A DNA stretch of 37,928 nt from Proteobacteria bacterium UBA1148 (GTDB lineage: Bacteria; Pseudomonadota; Gammaproteobacteria; Steroidobacterales; Rariloculaceae), in NCBI GenBank assembly GCA_002311835.1, contig DBZY01000094.1:44669-82596 (forward strand), read 5' to 3'. This document shows positions 29,876 through 37,928 of this stretch, one piece after another; position 1 is the first letter of the stretch, and each line of letters begins with the position of its first letter. Made by a program: the position numbers and the translations under genes. Under the pieces are notes generated by a model. It had not been told where the DNA came from. It made no database searches and worked only from the letters and a program-made list of their open reading frames with translations.

Positions 29876-31138
29876 GTGAAACAGAACGGATTTTATGCTC
29901 AATCTGGTGGCGTAACCGCTGTTATTAACGCCACAGCTTGTGGTGTTTTAGAAACTGCTCGGAAACGAAAGGGAGAAATTGGAAAGATTTTTGCTGGCCG
30001 AAATGGGATTATCGGCGCGCTCACGGAAGACATGATTGATACAAGTAGGGAATCTGCACGGACAATCGCAGCACTACGACACACACCAGGAGGAGCGTTC
30101 GGATCTGCGCGCTATAAACTGAAGGGACTAGAGGAGAACCACGCAGAGTACGACCGCTTGATCGAGGTATTTAAGGCTCACAATATTGGTTATCTTTTTT
30201 ATAACGGCGGTGGGGACTCCATGGATACCGCCCAGAAGGTTTCTCAGATCGGAAACAAGCTAGGCTTCCCTGTAACCTGCGTGGGTATCCCAAAAACCGT
30301 CGACAATGATCTACCTGTGACAGACAACTGCCCGGGCTTTGGCTCGGTGGCGAAATACGTTGCAATATCAACGCGCGAGGCAGCATTGGATGTCGCATCC
30401 ATGGCAAAAACATCCACCAAGGTTTTCATTCTGGAAGTCATGGGTCGACACGCGGGATGGATAGCTGCTGCGGGAGGGCTCGCTGGCCAAGGCCGCAGTG
30501 AAGCGCCTCATATCATTCTCTTTCCAGAAATCCCATTTGAGGAAACACGATTCTTGTCTCGAGTAAACGAATGTGTAGGTCGTTACGAGTATTGCGTAAT
30601 TGTGGTTTCTGAAGGTACTCGCTATGCAAACGGCCGATTTCTTGCCGAGGCAGGAGCTCGAGATGCTTTCGGACATGCGCAGTTGGGAGGTGTTGCCTCT
30701 ACAGTAGCAACTTTGATACGGGACAAACTAGGCTTTAAATATCATTACGCAATCGCAGACTACTTGCAGCGTTCAGCTAGACACATCGCTTCGAAAGTTG
30801 ATGTTGAGCAAGCATATGCTGTCGGTCAAAAAGCTGTTGAATTTGCGCTCAAAGGACAGAACGCAATTATGCCAATCATCGTCCGCACCTCGAATACACC
30901 TTACCGATGGACGATCGGTCAAGTACCACTCAAGCGCGTCGCAAACAAAGAAAAGATGATGCCCCGAACGTTTATCAGTCGAGATGGATTCTCCATAACA
31001 AAGCCCTGCCGGCGCTACCTTGAACCACTGATACAGGGAGAAGATTACCCGCCATACCGTAAGGGCCTTCCCTACTATACCGAGTTACGTAATGTTGCTG
31101 TCCCACCAAGGTTGGGGAATCGCTTTATGCTAAGATAG
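29876..31138 (+). CDS. pfp: 6-phosphofructokinase, predicted pyrophosphate-dependent
   Basis: QSGG, GGGDS (Asp at the E. coli 104-equivalent), PKTVDND (Lys at the 124-equivalent), EVMGRHAGW and DAFGH.QLGG. The D104/K124 pair is the PPi-specificity signature. Confidence 0.92.
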   Translation: MKQNGFYAQSGGVTAVINATACGVLETARKRKGEIGKIFAGRNGIIGALTEDMIDTSRESARTIAALRHTPGGAFGSARYKLKGLEENHAEYDRLIEVFKAHNIGYLFYNGGGDSMDTAQKVSQIGNKLGFPVTCVGIPKTVDNDLPVTDNCPGFGSVAKYVAISTREAALDVASMAKTSTKVFILEVMGRHAGWIAAAGGLAGQGRSEAPHIILFPEIPFEETRFLSRVNECVGRYEYCVIVVSEGTRYANGRFLAEAGARDAFGHAQLGGVASTVATLIRDKLGFKYHYAIADYLQRSARHIASKVDVEQAYAVGQKAVEFALKGQNAIMPIIVRTSNTPYRWTIGQVPLKRVANKEKMMPRTFISRDGFSITKPCRRYLEPLIQGEDYPPYRKGLPYYTELRNVAVPPRLGNRFMLR

Positions 31139-31142
31139 CGCG

Positions 31143-31165
31143 CCTTTCGCAGGCACTGTGAAAGG
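31143..31165 (+). other. Hairpin directly after the pfp stop codon
   Basis: CCTTTCGCAG-gca-CTGTGAAAGG forms a 10-bp stem with one G-U pair. No U-tract follows, so it is not called a terminator. Confidence 0.55.
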
Positions 31166-31189
31166 TCGAGAGACTTAACAAAATAGGTC

Positions 31190-31348
31190 CGAACCAAACA
31201 CAATGCACTCCATAACACCCAGGTCATTTTCTGGCCGTGAGTGCTTGTGGGTTCGTTCATGGGTAAATTTCTCTGTCGCCTCCGTACAGATCGGATGTCG
31301 ATCAAACGTCGGTGCTGCAAATTTTGGATACGGATGAGTTGGGAGGAA
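31190..31348 (+). promoter_or_regulatory. Candidate structured leader RNA of hppA
   Basis: Nested pairings CGAACC/GGTTCG, CACAA/TTGTG, GCACTC/GAGTGC and CCAG/CTGG (31190-31255), then TCCGTA/TACGGA with TTTCTCT pairing to GGAGGAA (the SD). Paired by eye; no family recognised. Confidence 0.45.
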
Positions 31349-31353
31349 ACGGA

Positions 31354-33366
31354 ATGAATCTGGATATTGCGCTTTGGTTCTCTTTAGGTGCTTCACTATT
31401 AGCTGTGCTGTACGGCATGGTCTCTATTACTTGGGTACTTGGTCGCCCATCAGGTAACGAGCGCATGCAGGAAATCGCCTCGGCAATACAAGAAGGCGCC
31501 AAGGCGTACATGAACCGGCAGTATCTAACCATTGGTAGCGTCGGAGTGGTACTACTAGTCACCCTGGGAATCGTAATTGATTGGGCTACAGCTATCGGCT
31601 TTGGAATTGGAGCCATATTTTCCGCGCTAGCAGGCTATATAGGGATGTACGTTTCTGTTCGAGCAAATGTGCGGACAGCTGAAGCGGCCACTCAGGGCAT
31701 AAATCCCGCCCTGCAAATTGCTTTTCGTGGCGGCGCCGTCACTGGATTGCTGGTTGTCGGCCTCGGACTTCTGGGTGTGGCCGGTTACTACGCAACTCTC
31801 CAAACCATGGGAATGGCAGAAACAGACATTCTAAATGCCTTGGTGGGCCTCGCATTTGGTGGTTCTCTAATTTCAATTTTTGCCCGTTTAGGCGGAGGCA
31901 TCTTTACAAAGGGCGCGGACGTCGGTGCTGATTTAGTAGGCAAAGTAGAGGCGGGTATTCCGGAGGACGACCCCCGTAACCCGGCTGTCATTGCAGACAA
32001 TGTTGGAGATAACGTCGGTGACTGTGCCGGTATGGCTGCAGATCTTTTTGAGACGTATGCGGTAACTCTCATTGCTACTATGCTCTTGGGTGGGCTGACC
32101 GCCGCCTCACTGGGGGCTAACGCGGTGCTCTACCCGATGGTTCTTGGCGGAGTGTCCATTATCGCTTCTATCGTCGGAACATTTTTTGTAAGCACAAGTA
32201 GTGGCAAGATAATGAGAGCGCTCTACAAAGGCGTCATTGTCTCAGGCGTTTTAGCTGCGATAGCTTTTTATCCAATTACCAATGCGCTCATGGGTGGAGA
32301 CGCTACAAATCTCTATTTTGCGGCTTTGATAGGCCTAGCATTAACAGCTGCCATGGTTTTCATAACCGAATACTACACTGGCACAGAATTTGAACCGGTG
32401 AAGAGAATAGCAAGTGCGTCCACAACGGGTCATGCGACTAACATAATTGCAGGACTCGGTCTTTCGATGAAGGCCACAGCCTGGCCAGTAATTGCAGTCT
32501 GCGCGTCGATATGGGGCGCCTTTGAACTAGCGGGGCTATACGGAATCGCTATTGCAGCAACCAGTATGTTATCCATGGCTGGGATGATTGTTGCTCTTGA
32601 TGCATTCGGCCCCATCACTGATAACGCTGGGGGTATTGCTGAAATGGCGGAGCTACCCGCTGATGTACGAAAAGTAACTGATGCGCTAGATGCGGTTGGG
32701 AACACTACAAAGGCAGTAACAAAAGGTTATGCCATTGCTTCCGCCGGCCTGGCCGCCCTCGTGCTCTTTTCCGACTACACGCACGCTCTGGAAGCAGTCG
32801 GCCTTGGTACAGTTCAGTTTGATCTGTCTGATCACAGAGTCATTATTGGACTCTTCATCGGGGGACTCGTCCCATTCCTTTTCGGCGCATTAGCTATGGA
32901 GGCTGTGGGACGTGCAGCCGGATCGGTCGTGGAAGAAGTAAGGCGACAGTTCAGAGAACTTCCCGGGATAATGGACGGCACTGCCAAGCCTGACTACTCC
33001 ACCGCTGTCGACCTACTGACAAAATCAGCAATCAAAGAAATGATTATCCCCTCACTCCTGCCTGTACTGGTACCGATCATCGTGGGCCAGTTGCTCGGAC
33101 CGGAAGCATTAGGCGGCTTACTACTAGGGACCATCGTAACTGGTTTATTTCTCGCAATCTCAATGACGACAGGTGGCGGCGCATGGGATAACGCGAAGAA
33201 ATATATTGAAGACGGCAATCTTGGGGGCAAGGGCTCGGAAGCACACAAGGCCGCTGTCACAGGGGACACTGTGGGCGATCCGTACAAAGATACCGCTGGT
33301 CCAGCCATCAACCCTCTCATCAAGATTATCAATATCGTGGCACTATTGTCAGTGCCTTTGCTGTAG
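31354..33366 (+). CDS. hppA: Membrane-bound H+-translocating pyrophosphatase, K+-independent type
   Basis: [26 protein letters not shown] and [10 protein letters not shown] motifs; GNTTKA carries the Lys that marks K+ independence. GGAGG RBS before ATG 31354. Confidence 0.97.
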   Translation: MNLDIALWFSLGASLLAVLYGMVSITWVLGRPSGNERMQEIASAIQEGAKAYMNRQYLTIGSVGVVLLVTLGIVIDWATAIGFGIGAIFSALAGYIGMYVSVRANVRTAEAATQGINPALQIAFRGGAVTGLLVVGLGLLGVAGYYATLQTMGMAETDILNALVGLAFGGSLISIFARLGGGIFTKGADVGADLVGKVEAGIPEDDPRNPAVIADNVGDNVGDCAGMAADLFETYAVTLIATMLLGGLTAASLGANAVLYPMVLGGVSIIASIVGTFFVSTSSGKIMRALYKGVIVSGVLAAIAFYPITNALMGGDATNLYFAALIGLALTAAMVFITEYYTGTEFEPVKRIASASTTGHATNIIAGLGLSMKATAWPVIAVCASIWGAFELAGLYGIAIAATSMLSMAGMIVALDAFGPITDNAGGIAEMAELPADVRKVTDALDAVGNTTKAVTKGYAIASAGLAALVLFSDYTHALEAVGLGTVQFDLSDHRVIIGLFIGGLVPFLFGALAMEAVGRAAGSVVEEVRRQFRELPGIMDGTAKPDYSTAVDLLTKSAIKEMIIPSLLPVLVPIIVGQLLGPEALGGLLLGTIVTGLFLAISMTTGGGAWDNAKKYIEDGNLGGKGSEAHKAAVTGDTVGDPYKDTAGPAINPLIKIINIVALLSVPLL

Positions 33367-33398
33367 GACACTAGGACGGTTTATTTGCGAAATATCTA

Positions 33399-34049
33399 AT
33401 GAATATAGAGGACGCAAGAACCCAGATGCTTCGGCAACAGATCCGTGCCTGGGAGGTTTTAGATGACCGTGTCCTGGGTGTTCTCGGCCGAACTCAGCGC
33501 GAACTCTTTGTCCCAGAGGCTTACCGCGATCTAGCTTTCGCAGACATGGACATTCCACTGCCCCACTCTCAACAAATGATGTCCCCAAAGCTTGAAGGGC
33601 GACTCCTCCAATCCCTTGATCTGAAGCCTGAAGATTCTGTCCTAGAAATCGGCACAGGCAGCGGCTTTTTGACAGCTTGTCTTGCAAACCTATCAGATAG
33701 TGTCTTAAGCGTTGACATCTTTTCGGATTTCACCATAGATGCTCGCAAAAAACTCAACCAAATAAACATTAAGAATGCCGAGTTACGTACCGAAGATATA
33801 TTTGATCTGAGCGAGACAATGCAATTTGATGCCATTGCTGTTACAGGCTCCATTCCTGAACTCGACGATCACTTCATCCAAATGCTACGTCCTGGAGGCA
33901 GGCTTTTCGTAATAGTTGGTCGGACGCCTGTAATGGAGGCTCTTTTAATTACTGCGCCTGGCGATGGGGAATGTACTCATGAAAGTTTGTTCGAGACCGA
34001 GATCCCCCCACTATTAAACACAACAGAGTCTGAACTTTTCGTACTCTAA
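33399..34049 (+). CDS. pcm: Protein-L-isoaspartate O-methyltransferase
   Basis: AR.QM..QQIR.W.VLD, RE.FVP, VLEIGTGSG and PGGRLF motifs. Confidence 0.92.
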   Translation: MNIEDARTQMLRQQIRAWEVLDDRVLGVLGRTQRELFVPEAYRDLAFADMDIPLPHSQQMMSPKLEGRLLQSLDLKPEDSVLEIGTGSGFLTACLANLSDSVLSVDIFSDFTIDARKKLNQINIKNAELRTEDIFDLSETMQFDAIAVTGSIPELDDHFIQMLRPGGRLFVIVGRTPVMEALLITAPGDGECTHESLFETEIPPLLNTTESELFVL

Positions 34050-34056
34050 ATTTTTT

Positions 34057-34389
34057 ATGCCGAGCATCCCCGAACTAACCCCCACTGAATTTTGCAGTCG
34101 TTGGCCTGAAGAAAAACGCGATAGCGTTACCTTACTGGACGTTCGGGAAGCATCGGAGATTGCTATCGCCTCTATACCTGACACCTTAAAAATCCCGATG
34201 ATGGAAATTCCCAATCGTTTAGACGAGCTAAACCATGACGTGACCGTAGTTGTAATGTGTCACAGTGGAGGACGCAGTAGGCGTGTTGCGGAGTTCTTAT
34301 TGGCATCAGGATTCAGTCGTGTTTTCAATCTCACGGGAGGGATCGATGCCTGGTCACAAGAAATTAATTCCTCCATTCCTCAATATTAG
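34057..34389 (+). CDS. Single-domain rhodanese/sulfurtransferase
   Basis: LLDVRE, active-site CHSGGRS and NLTGGIDAWS...PQY motifs. Confidence 0.92.
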   Translation: MPSIPELTPTEFCSRWPEEKRDSVTLLDVREASEIAIASIPDTLKIPMMEIPNRLDELNHDVTVVVMCHSGGRSRRVAEFLLASGFSRVFNLTGGIDAWSQEINSSIPQY

Positions 34390-34427
34390 AATTGGGGACA
34401 GCCTCATTTAATATCTTAGAGGCACTG

Positions 34428-35609
34428 ATGAACAAAAAACAGGGAATCAACATGAAAGCAACAAGCATGGTTCCGATTGCGATTTTGGCGGTTGCTTTTG
34501 TGGGGGCGGCTACACTGCTAGCGACCAGTCAGCGGTTGGAACCGACACAGCCAGATCCTGTGCCGATAGCAGTTCGTGTGATCAAGGTTCGTCCAGAAAT
34601 GGTTCGCATGGCAGTACATGCTCAAGGTACGGTTGCACCAAGAACCGAAACGGATCTAGTTCCTGAAGTTTCAGGCATAGTTGTTTGGGTTTCCCAGAAT
34701 CTAGTTTCAGGTGGGTATTTTGAACAGGAAGAGCTACTTCTCAAAGTAGACGATCGTGACTACCAAAACGCCGTTGACCGGGCCGAAGCAAGTATCAGTC
34801 GAGCAGAAGCAGAAAATCAGCTGGCCCAATTTAATCTGGCTCGCTCAATCGAATTGGAAACACAGCAACTTATTAGCCAGGCAGATTTTGAAAATACCAT
34901 TAGGACAGCAAATGTGTCGGAGGCGGTACTTCGGGACACACGCGTGGTTTTGGAGCAGGCAGAACGAGATCTAGAACGAACACAGATACGCGCTCCCTTT
35001 ACAGGGCTTGTAAGAAGTGAACGCGTAGATACAGGTCAGTTTGTAAGTCGTGGTGTATCAATCGCGAGTGTCTACGGGTCAGATTATGTGGAAGTACGTC
35101 TTCCTATTGCAGATAGTCAATTAGCATATCTCAGCGTCCCTCTCACACAACGAGGTGAGTTGGACGAGGTGGATGCGCCTATAGTGACTCTCTCTGCTAG
35201 CTTTGCCGGGGTAGAGCAACAATGGTTTGGTAGGATTGTTCGCACTGAAGCTGAAATAGACGCTACCAGTCGTATGGTGCACGCCGTCGCGCGTATTCAG
35301 GCAGACGAAGACGGTGACAAGATGCCTCCACCGGTTGGTTTATTTGTGCAGGCTGATATTGAAGGCCGCTTAGTGGATAACGTCATCGTTTTGCCTCGTT
35401 CTGCACTACGAAATGACAGCCAGGTTCTTGTGGTAGACAGGGATAATCGACTTCAGTATCGCACGGTCGAAATTCTGCGAGTCTACCGCGATGAGGTCTA
35501 TATCGTTGAGGGGTTGAATGAGGCCGAAGTGGTTTGTATTTCACCTTTACAAATAGTAGTAAGTGGCATGTTAGTTAGCCCAGTCTATCCTGATATAACA
35601 GAGGGCTAA
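34428..35609 (+). CDS. RND efflux periplasmic adaptor (membrane fusion protein)
   Basis: N-terminal TM, GTV.P, PEVSG, alpha-hairpin, LERTQIRAPF.G, GQFV..G and LPRSAL motifs. Start is ATG 34428 (AGAGG RBS) or 34452. Confidence 0.92.
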   Translation: MNKKQGINMKATSMVPIAILAVAFVGAATLLATSQRLEPTQPDPVPIAVRVIKVRPEMVRMAVHAQGTVAPRTETDLVPEVSGIVVWVSQNLVSGGYFEQEELLLKVDDRDYQNAVDRAEASISRAEAENQLAQFNLARSIELETQQLISQADFENTIRTANVSEAVLRDTRVVLEQAERDLERTQIRAPFTGLVRSERVDTGQFVSRGVSIASVYGSDYVEVRLPIADSQLAYLSVPLTQRGELDEVDAPIVTLSASFAGVEQQWFGRIVRTEAEIDATSRMVHAVARIQADEDGDKMPPPVGLFVQADIEGRLVDNVIVLPRSALRNDSQVLVVDRDNRLQYRTVEILRVYRDEVYIVEGLNEAEVVCISPLQIVVSGMLVSPVYPDITEG

Positions 35610-35614
35610 AACTC

Positions 35615-37928
35615 ATGAAATCTGTTATTGCTTGGTTCATCGATAACCCAGTTGCATCGAACTTGCTTATGGTGATTTTGGTCGCAGGCGGCCTGATGGC
35701 ACTAACACAACTTAACCAAGAGGAGTTTCCTGATGTCGAATTGGGAATTGTGCAGGTCAGCGTCCCATATCTAGGCGCTGCACCTGAGGAAGTGGAAGAA
35801 GGTGTTTGCTCTCGTATCGAGGAAGCACTGGAAAGTGCGGAGAGCATTTTTAGAATGACGTCCAGAGCTAACGAAGGAAATTGTACTGTAACTCTGGAAA
35901 TTGAAATTGGATACGACACGGTACAAGCACTGAACGAAATAAAAAGCAAAGTCGACAGCATTAATACGTTTCCAGAAGAAACAGAACGGCCAATTATTTC
36001 CGAACTGACGATCCTGAATGAAGTACTCCATATTGTAATTTCAGGAGAGGCAGATGAACGCACTCTCAAACAACTAGCAGTGGATATGAGGGAGGATCTT
36101 GTCGCCATAGAGGGAATCTCTCAAGTAGCCGTGGAATACGTGCGTCCAGACGAGATTTCTATCGAGGTATCAGAACAAACGTTGCGTCGCTATGGGCTCA
36201 CGTTGCAAGCAGTGGCGGACGCGGTAAGACGTTCTTCTCTTGATCTGCCGGGTGGTTCGATCAAGGCCGAGGGTGGCGAGATTTTGCTGAGAACAAAAGG
36301 ACAAGCTTATCTGGGTAGCGAATTCGAACGCATTGTCATTGTAACTCGGGCAGACGGTACGTCGGTCACTCTTGGAGAGATTGCGCGGGTGGTTGATGGC
36401 TTTGAAGAAGGTGATCTGCGGGTACGGCTGGATGGTACGCCAGCTGCAATGGTTAAGGTGTATCGGATCGCAAGTGAAGACGGGAAGACTGTCTCGGAGA
36501 GAAGCAAGGCTTACCTTGAAGACGCTCGGCACCAGGTACCTGAGGGCATCGAGTTAGCTATTTGGCTCGATGAATCTGAAGATGTGAGCGAGGCGCTGCA
36601 CACGATACTTAGTGTAGCCCTGGGAGGACTGGTGCTGGTTCTGTTAGCGCTTGCTCTGCCTCTCCAATTCCGGTTAGCGATGTGGGTGGCTGCAGGTATT
36701 CCGATTGCGTTGCTGGGCGGGATCATGACGTTTGATTTCTTTGGCATCACCATGAGCTTGCTAGCCACCGCAGGATTTATGCTAGTACTCGGTATCGTCG
36801 TGGATGACGCCATCGTAGTAGGCGAGCGTGTTTATGCTCATGAACGTAGTGGAGAAAATCAGCGTACCGCTGCGATCAATGGTACTTACGAAATGTTGGT
36901 CCCGGTAGTATTTGGGGTGCTAACCAGCATGGCAGCTTTTATCCCTCTCATTTTTACACCAGGACGTATAGGGGCATTTTTTTCCATTATCGGCAAAATT
37001 GTCGTTATCTGTCTGATATTCAGTGTCATTGAGTGTTTACTGATTTTGCCTTCACACCTTGCCCATCGAAAAATAGAGAAAGACCCTAACAAACAAAAAT
37101 ATTTTGTTACGAAGTGGGTTCGGTTTCAAAGCCGATTAGGAGAAGGCTTAGAACGTTTTGCTGAGCAACAATACGGTGAGTTTTTAAAAAAAGTTTTGCA
37201 ACAATGGCGCTACGTGCCATTGGCTACTGGAGTAGGCATAACAATCCTAATGCTAGCGATGTTCTTCAGTGGGCGTATCAATTTTCAGTTTATGCCTCCC
37301 ATTGAGGGCAACCGCATTTATGCGAGTCTTAGCATGCCCGAAGGAATTCCTGTTGAAGAAACTGTGCGCGCGGCAGAACAAATCGAACAGGCAGCACTAC
37401 AGTTGAAGGCCCAGCTAGATAGCGAGAACCCGGGCGAACCTAGTGCTGTTATTCACATTCTCACTTCGATAGGAAGAGCTGCCGGACGAAGTAGGGGTGG
37501 GCCAAGACCATCATTTTTTACGCCAGGCGCCAGTCACCTCGCTGAAGTGTCCATGGCTCTGGTTCCAGTCGCTGAACGCGACGTTGGCTCTTTGGAAGTT
37601 GCATCACGGTGGCGTGAGCTAGCGGGCCCAGTCGCGGATGTCGTGGAACTCAGATACTCCGCAGCTGCATTCAATACTGGGGACGCAATATCCATAAACC
37701 TTAGGGGTCGCAATGTAGATGAGCTAGGTGAGGCTGCTGCGCGAATCCGGGCTGAGCTGAGCAGATTCACCGGCGTTGCCGATATCTCAGATACTTTTCG
37801 TTCTGGTAAACAGGAAGTGAGGTTGTCATTGCGCCCCGAAGCACGCAATCTGGGACTGACACTAAGCGACTTAGCACGACAAGTCCGCCAAGCATTTTAT
37901 GGTGAAGAGGCTCAGCGGATACAGCGCG
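35615..37928 (+). CDS. AcrB/AcrD/AcrF-family RND permease, truncated by the window end
   Basis: Absent from the ORF track because it has no stop in the window. Reads MKSVIAWFIDNPVASNLLM..., EEFP, YLGAAPEEVEEG and TM4 LGIVVDDAIVVGE (proton-relay Asp pair). The frame is consistent through GEEAQRIQR at the edge. Confidence 0.93.
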   Translation, partial: MKSVIAWFIDNPVASNLLMVILVAGGLMALTQLNQEEFPDVELGIVQVSVPYLGAAPEEVEEGVCSRIEEALESAESIFRMTSRANEGNCTVTLEIEIGYDTVQALNEIKSKVDSINTFPEETERPIISELTILNEVLHIVISGEADERTLKQLAVDMREDLVAIEGISQVAVEYVRPDEISIEVSEQTLRRYGLTLQAVADAVRRSSLDLPGGSIKAEGGEILLRTKGQAYLGSEFERIVIVTRADGTSVTLGEIARVVDGFEEGDLRVRLDGTPAAMVKVYRIASEDGKTVSERSKAYLEDARHQVPEGIELAIWLDESEDVSEALHTILSVALGGLVLVLLALALPLQFRLAMWVAAGIPIALLGGIMTFDFFGITMSLLATAGFMLVLGIVVDDAIVVGERVYAHERSGENQRTAAINGTYEMLVPVVFGVLTSMAAFIPLIFTPGRIGAFFSIIGKIVVICLIFSVIECLLILPSHLAHRKIEKDPNKQKYFVTKWVRFQSRLGEGLERFAEQQYGEFLKKVLQQWRYVPLATGVGITILMLAMFFSGRINFQFMPPIEGNRIYASLSMPEGIPVEETVRAAEQIEQAALQLKAQLDSENPGEPSAVIHILTSIGRAAGRSRGGPRPSFFTPGASHLAEVSMALVPVAERDVGSLEVASRWRELAGPVADVVELRYSAAAFNTGDAISINLRGRNVDELGEAAARIRAELSRFTGVADISDTFRSGKQEVRLSLRPEARNLGLTLSDLARQVRQAFYGEEAQRIQR

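Noticed and set aside
18202-33366. Autotrophy (Calvin cycle) claim from tkt-gap-pgk plus pfp-hppA
   Set aside because: No RuBisCO or phosphoribulokinase is in the window, and heterotrophs carry the same genes.
35575-37848. Minus-strand ORFs over the RND permease and other 60-140 aa nested or antisense ORFs throughout
   Set aside because: They lie entirely within well-supported genes and show no family motifs, as expected for shadow frames.

Overview
Core-chromosome window of a gammaproteobacterium. Gene order resembles Xanthomonadales/Steroidobacterales/Woeseiales-type genomes, which is an inference from synteny only. It holds the start of the dcw cluster (mraZ-rsmH-ftsL-ftsI-murE'), rnpB, rsmI/lpoA/gmhA, sspAB, degS, ibaG-murA, kdsDC-lptCAB-rpoN-rapZ, tkt-gap-pgk-pyk-patatin, cpdA, a membrane protein-mpl-LonN-hspQ operon, rnd, adk, PPi-dependent phosphofructokinase plus a K+-independent H+-pyrophosphatase, pcm-rhodanese and a partial RND efflux pair. 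No mobile element, CRISPR array, tRNA or rRNA was seen, and no clearly new multi-gene system. The non-obvious signals are mostly intergenic. (1) Three spacers carry eroded gene relics at the expected syntenic positions: yraN, the petC tail (the cytochrome bc1 operon is gone from this locus) and the hpf N-terminus, which is in frame with rapZ. (2) The 215-nt pfp-hppA spacer can form three stems, the last covering the hppA Shine-Dalgarno, making it a candidate cis-regulatory RNA. (3) A stand-alone Lon N-domain gene is translationally coupled to hspQ. (4) LpoA lacks its N-terminal domain, and sigma-54 has substitutions in its DNA-binding motifs.
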